This document shows positions 60,755 to 64,000 of a stretch of 64,000 nt of DNA, piece by piece (position 1 is the first letter of the stretch; each line of letters opens with the position of its first letter). Source of the DNA: a virus; IMG/VR virus record IMGVR_UViG_3300005913_000002. The stretch is one strand, 5' to 3'. Below the pieces are notes generated by a model. It was not told where the DNA came from, did not search any database, and saw only the letters and a program-made list of their open reading frames with translations. Made by a program: the position numbers and the translations under genes.

Positions 60755-61072
60755 ATGGCTATCGCAAACGCACAACTTATCGCAACGGACAAAACAGAAG
60801 TATTTGTTTCAACAGGCGAAAACGCAATTACTTGTTTAATTTTTTGCAATACAAGTTCTACAGACGACGAAGTTACAATTTGGGTTGTTCCATCAAGTCA
60901 ACCTGCTGGCGATGCTAACATGATTATTAATGCAATGCCAGTTCCTGCCGGAGAAACATTTAGTATTGATACAGAAAGATTTATTTTAAGTGATAGCGAC
61001 AGTGTTCAAGCACAGGCAACGCAAAATAATTTAATTACTGCTACAGTGAGTTATGTTGCAACAGGGCAATAA
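60755..61072 (+). CDS. small beta-rich virion protein
   Basis: 105-aa ORF with RBS AAGGA in the late operon. Confidence 0.6.
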   Translation: MAIANAQLIATDKTEVFVSTGENAITCLIFCNTSSTDDEVTIWVVPSSQPAGDANMIINAMPVPAGETFSIDTERFILSDSDSVQAQATQNNLITATVSYVATGQ

Positions 61073-61074
61073 CA

Positions 61075-61809
61075 ATGAAATTTTATAAAAGAAAAAATTT
61101 AGATGACGGAAACGTAAGCAATGATTCTTTTGCTCTAACCGCAGCAGGTCGTTTGATAACTGATTTAACTGCCAGTATACAAGTACCTGCAGGTACTGTT
61201 GGACAACGTCCGTCAGGCGCTACAGAATATAATCAAATAAGATACAATACACAATTATTTGATTTAGAAGCATCAGTAAGAGGATTGTGGGAAAGAGTTA
61301 GAACAGTTCGTCCTGCCTTAATGAATGTTCAAAATTTAGGAAGTGGTAACTACTACAGTACATTTTTTGGTCCTTTAAATCCTAGCTATCAACTGTCATA
61401 TGATGCGGGCGCTGAAAACATATCAGTTTATGTTGATAATGTTTTTCAAATTCCAGGCACTAATTATGATTTAACAACTGATCCTAGTCCTGCATCAGCA
61501 GTAACTACTGGAACAACTGCTGCAAGTTCGTTGACTAATAATATTCTTTATCTAGACACTGTGGTCAATGTTCAGCCTGGAACAGTAGTTTCAGGATCGG
61601 CAGGAATCAATTCAGGAACAACTGTTGTTCAGACTATCACTGGAACATTTAACGTACAAATTAGTGAACCTGTAATTGGTGATGTTAATGCCGGAACATC
61701 ATTAACTTTTACATATTATACCGGAACGTATGTTCAGTTTTCAGGTGAAGTTCCTGCAAAACCTGTTGTAGTAATACAAGGTATCGACGGCTACTTCCCA
61801 CCTGGTTAA
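61075..61809 (+). CDS. virion structural protein
   Basis: 'VPAGTVGQRP..QIRYNT' and 'VYVDNVFQIPGTNY' motifs of phage structural proteins. Confidence 0.6.
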   Translation: MKFYKRKNLDDGNVSNDSFALTAAGRLITDLTASIQVPAGTVGQRPSGATEYNQIRYNTQLFDLEASVRGLWERVRTVRPALMNVQNLGSGNYYSTFFGPLNPSYQLSYDAGAENISVYVDNVFQIPGTNYDLTTDPSPASAVTTGTTAASSLTNNILYLDTVVNVQPGTVVSGSAGINSGTTVVQTITGTFNVQISEPVIGDVNAGTSLTFTYYTGTYVQFSGEVPAKPVVVIQGIDGYFPPG

Positions 61810-61841
61810 TAGTCCTATTTAACCCAAAAAAATTAAATCCG

Positions 61842-61848
61842 ATAAATA
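61842..61848 (+). promoter_or_regulatory. putative late promoter ATAAATA
   Basis: TAAATA in the intergenic gap before a structured leader and ATG 61942. Confidence 0.6.
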
Positions 61849-61941
61849 GTAGTGATGTCATGTTTTGGCAGTTGTCGCTACTGTGGTAAACCCGCAATGT
61901 AAGGTGGTTATCCGTGAAACTCGGAGGTTGAAGGAGTTAGT

Positions 61942-64000
61942 ATGGCCGTAGGTCGAATTACAGGCCCGTTACTCGCAAGCAATTTGCGTCGTGACGGAAT
62001 AGATATCGCAGTTGAAACAGACCTGTTATACATTAATGTTGTTGATGGCCGTATTGGTATCAAAACAGATTCTCCTAGAACCGAGTTAGATGTTAACGGC
62101 ACGTTAACTACTAAAGTATTAATTGCAGACACTGCTACAATTGGACTAGTTACAATTGAAAGTTCTACGTCTAGCAGCACAATTTCCACACTGTTTGGCG
62201 ATATTAATATCAATCCGGGTGGCGGCGACGTTCTAAATATCAATTCTGATACATATGTTGACGGAGATGTTTATGCAACTGGTAATTTCTTTGCTCAAGG
62301 AAACATTAGACTAGGTGATACTACTGGGACCGATGTAATCAGTTTCTTAGGCGAAATTAACACAGACATCCTTCCTTATCTTAGTACAGGAACATATGTA
62401 ACTACCGAAACTGAAAGTGGAACAGTTACTAACTTTATTACTAACACAGAAATTATTTCTGAATATAGTTTAGGTAATACAAGTTCGTATTGGAAAAATT
62501 CTTATCTAGACAACATATATACTAGAAGTATAGATACATTTACAACCGAAACTTCTACTAGTACCACAGCAACTTACGATATACAGTTCTTTCCTGATAT
62601 TCCGTTGTTAGAAAGATCTTTAAACAAGAGTGTTAGTATTAATGGTGATATTCGTGTTTACGGCAATAATCCAGTTGGCACATTTCCTACTGTTAATAAT
62701 ATTTTATATGTTAACGAAAATGGTAGCGACGACAATGACGGTCGAGCAATGGACTCAAGTCGTGCATGCCGTACTATAACTGGCGCCACTCGTAGTCCGT
62801 ATTTTAAACAAGGTACTGTTATTAAAGTGTCTCCCGGATACTATGCAGAAGATAATCCTATTCCGTTATTGCCTTATACTTCTGTTGTTGGAGATAGTTT
62901 ACGTGCAGTATTTGTTGAACCGTTAAACAACACTTTAGATTTGTTTCATGTTAATTCAGGTGTGTATATAACTGGTATGACAATGCTGAATTTAAGTCGA
63001 GGCGAAGTTACAAGATATAAACCAGGCGGTGCGGGAACATATACTACAGGTGCGTACTGTGTTGCATTTCCGCCTAGGTTAGATAATCCAATTGAGTTGT
63101 TTCACAGTCCGTATATTCAAAACTGTACTAATCAATCAGGTCCTTGGTTGTTTGACGGCACAATGTTTGTCCCAAATCAAACAGTTCAACTTCCATTAGT
63201 AGTTACAACATCCAGTTACGAAGCAAATACAACTACTATACTAGTAACAGTCAAACCAGAAATTACGGCTCAGCAAATCGAAGTTGGCATGGCAGTAAAC
63301 GGTACAGGTATTTTAATTGAAGATGATATTACTATTGCAACAGTAGTAGCAATTGAAAATCCTGATACAAATTTTCAAGCGGCAAAAACTCTTTTAGATT
63401 TAAACAAAACATTTATTCAGTCTGAAGTAGTTGCATGGGTTAATGAAACTTATCCTTCTTTATCTTATGACGACGACAAATGTGCAAGAGATGTAGGCTA
63501 CATTGTTGACGCACTAGCAAATGATGCAATTATTGGCGGAAATTTGAAAACAGTAGAAGCAGGTCGTTCGTATTACGAAGGCAATACTGAAATTTTAGGT
63601 AATGAATTGCAACCTACAATTGCATCATTTGGAAGAATTAACGACTTAGCGTTAGATGTAATTTCTAACACATCAACGATTTCAGTTACTTCTGGAACAT
63701 TAATAGCACAAACATTTGATGAAGAACAACTAGGCGGAGAAATAGCATCCGATAACATTACATCATTAGTTGTATTGCTACAAGATATTTTACAAAATCA
63801 ATCCGGGTATGAAAATGCAGCCGCCTTGTTAAATGCTAACAGAGGTTTCTTACAAGCAGAAACAGTTGCATTTGTAAATGAAACATATGTCGGTCAACCT
63901 ATTCCAAGTTTTACATATGACCAAGATAAATGTTTTAGAGATGTCGGATACATTATTGATGCAATTGGAACAGATTTAATTTACGGCGGCAATGAACAAA
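61942..64000 (+). CDS. large virion structural protein, truncated by the window end (missing from the ORF track)
   Basis: RBS AAGGAG; begins MAVGRITGPLLASNLRRDG; segments translated by hand are all in one frame; pectin-lyase-like 'LYVNENGSDDNDG..ACRTI..PGYYAE..VGDSLR..SPYIQNCT'; two KCxRDVGYI repeats. Confidence 0.8.
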   Translation, partial: MAVGRITGPLLASNLRRDGIDIAVETDLLYINVVDGRIGIKTDSPRTELDVNGTLTTKVLIADTATIGLVTIESSTSSSTISTLFGDININPGGGDVLNINSDTYVDGDVYATGNFFAQGNIRLGDTTGTDVISFLGEINTDILPYLSTGTYVTTETESGTVTNFITNTEIISEYSLGNTSSYWKNSYLDNIYTRSIDTFTTETSTSTTATYDIQFFPDIPLLERSLNKSVSINGDIRVYGNNPVGTFPTVNNILYVNENGSDDNDGRAMDSSRACRTITGATRSPYFKQGTVIKVSPGYYAEDNPIPLLPYTSVVGDSLRAVFVEPLNNTLDLFHVNSGVYITGMTMLNLSRGEVTRYKPGGAGTYTTGAYCVAFPPRLDNPIELFHSPYIQNCTNQSGPWLFDGTMFVPNQTVQLPLVVTTSSYEANTTTILVTVKPEITAQQIEVGMAVNGTGILIEDDITIATVVAIENPDTNFQAAKTLLDLNKTFIQSEVVAWVNETYPSLSYDDDKCARDVGYIVDALANDAIIGGNLKTVEAGRSYYEGNTEILGNELQPTIASFGRINDLALDVISNTSTISVTSGTLIAQTFDEEQLGGEIASDNITSLVVLLQDILQNQSGYENAAALLNANRGFLQAETVAFVNETYVGQPIPSFTYDQDKCFRDVGYIIDAIGTDLIYGGNEQ

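Noticed and set aside
61880-61930. c-di-GMP-I riboswitch (GGTAAACC resembles its P2 motif)
   Set aside because: The downstream GNRA stem and GCAAAGC elements are absent
1-64000. Stop-codon reassignment as seen in some jumbo phages
   Set aside because: Genes up to 14.5 kb are intact in the standard code, and TAA, TGA and TAG all end genes

Overview
This window is an AT-rich, gene-dense segment of a large T4-like (myovirus, probably jumbo) bacteriophage genome read in the standard bacterial code. It has four blocks. (1) 1-7.8 kb, + strand: MazG-like protein, QueE radical-SAM enzyme, RNase H/FEN-type 5'-3' exonuclease, a MoxR-type AAA+ ATPase with a HEXXH/VWA partner, and hypotheticals. (2) 7.8-44 kb, - strand: a 36-kb baseplate and fibre cassette (gp48/54-like, gp53-like, hub, gp5 with muramidase, gp25, gp6, a 4849-aa giant wedge protein, a collagen fibre, four paralogous fibres). 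(3) 44-49.8 kb, + strand: gp55-like late sigma factor, gp47/gp46, two small helical proteins, a stand-alone GIY-YIG nuclease and a ~490-nt structured non-coding region. (4) 49.8-64 kb: gp26-like chaperone (- strand), then on + a tape-measure candidate, portal, prohead core, protease, scaffold, major capsid, virion proteins and a large ORF running off the end. Near-consensus sigma70 promoters and T4-type late promoters (TAAATA core) are both visible. The best candidates for new biology are: a large structured RNA directly behind the GIY-YIG nuclease; a probable programmed -1 frameshift fusing the gp26-like gene to the next ORF (lambda G/GT-like); phycobiliprotein-like KCxRD repeats in a virion protein; a copper-site-tipped collagen fibre; and a Thr-rich motif recurring across virion proteins. 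All family assignments come from motif recognition by eye; no database searches or folding programs were run.
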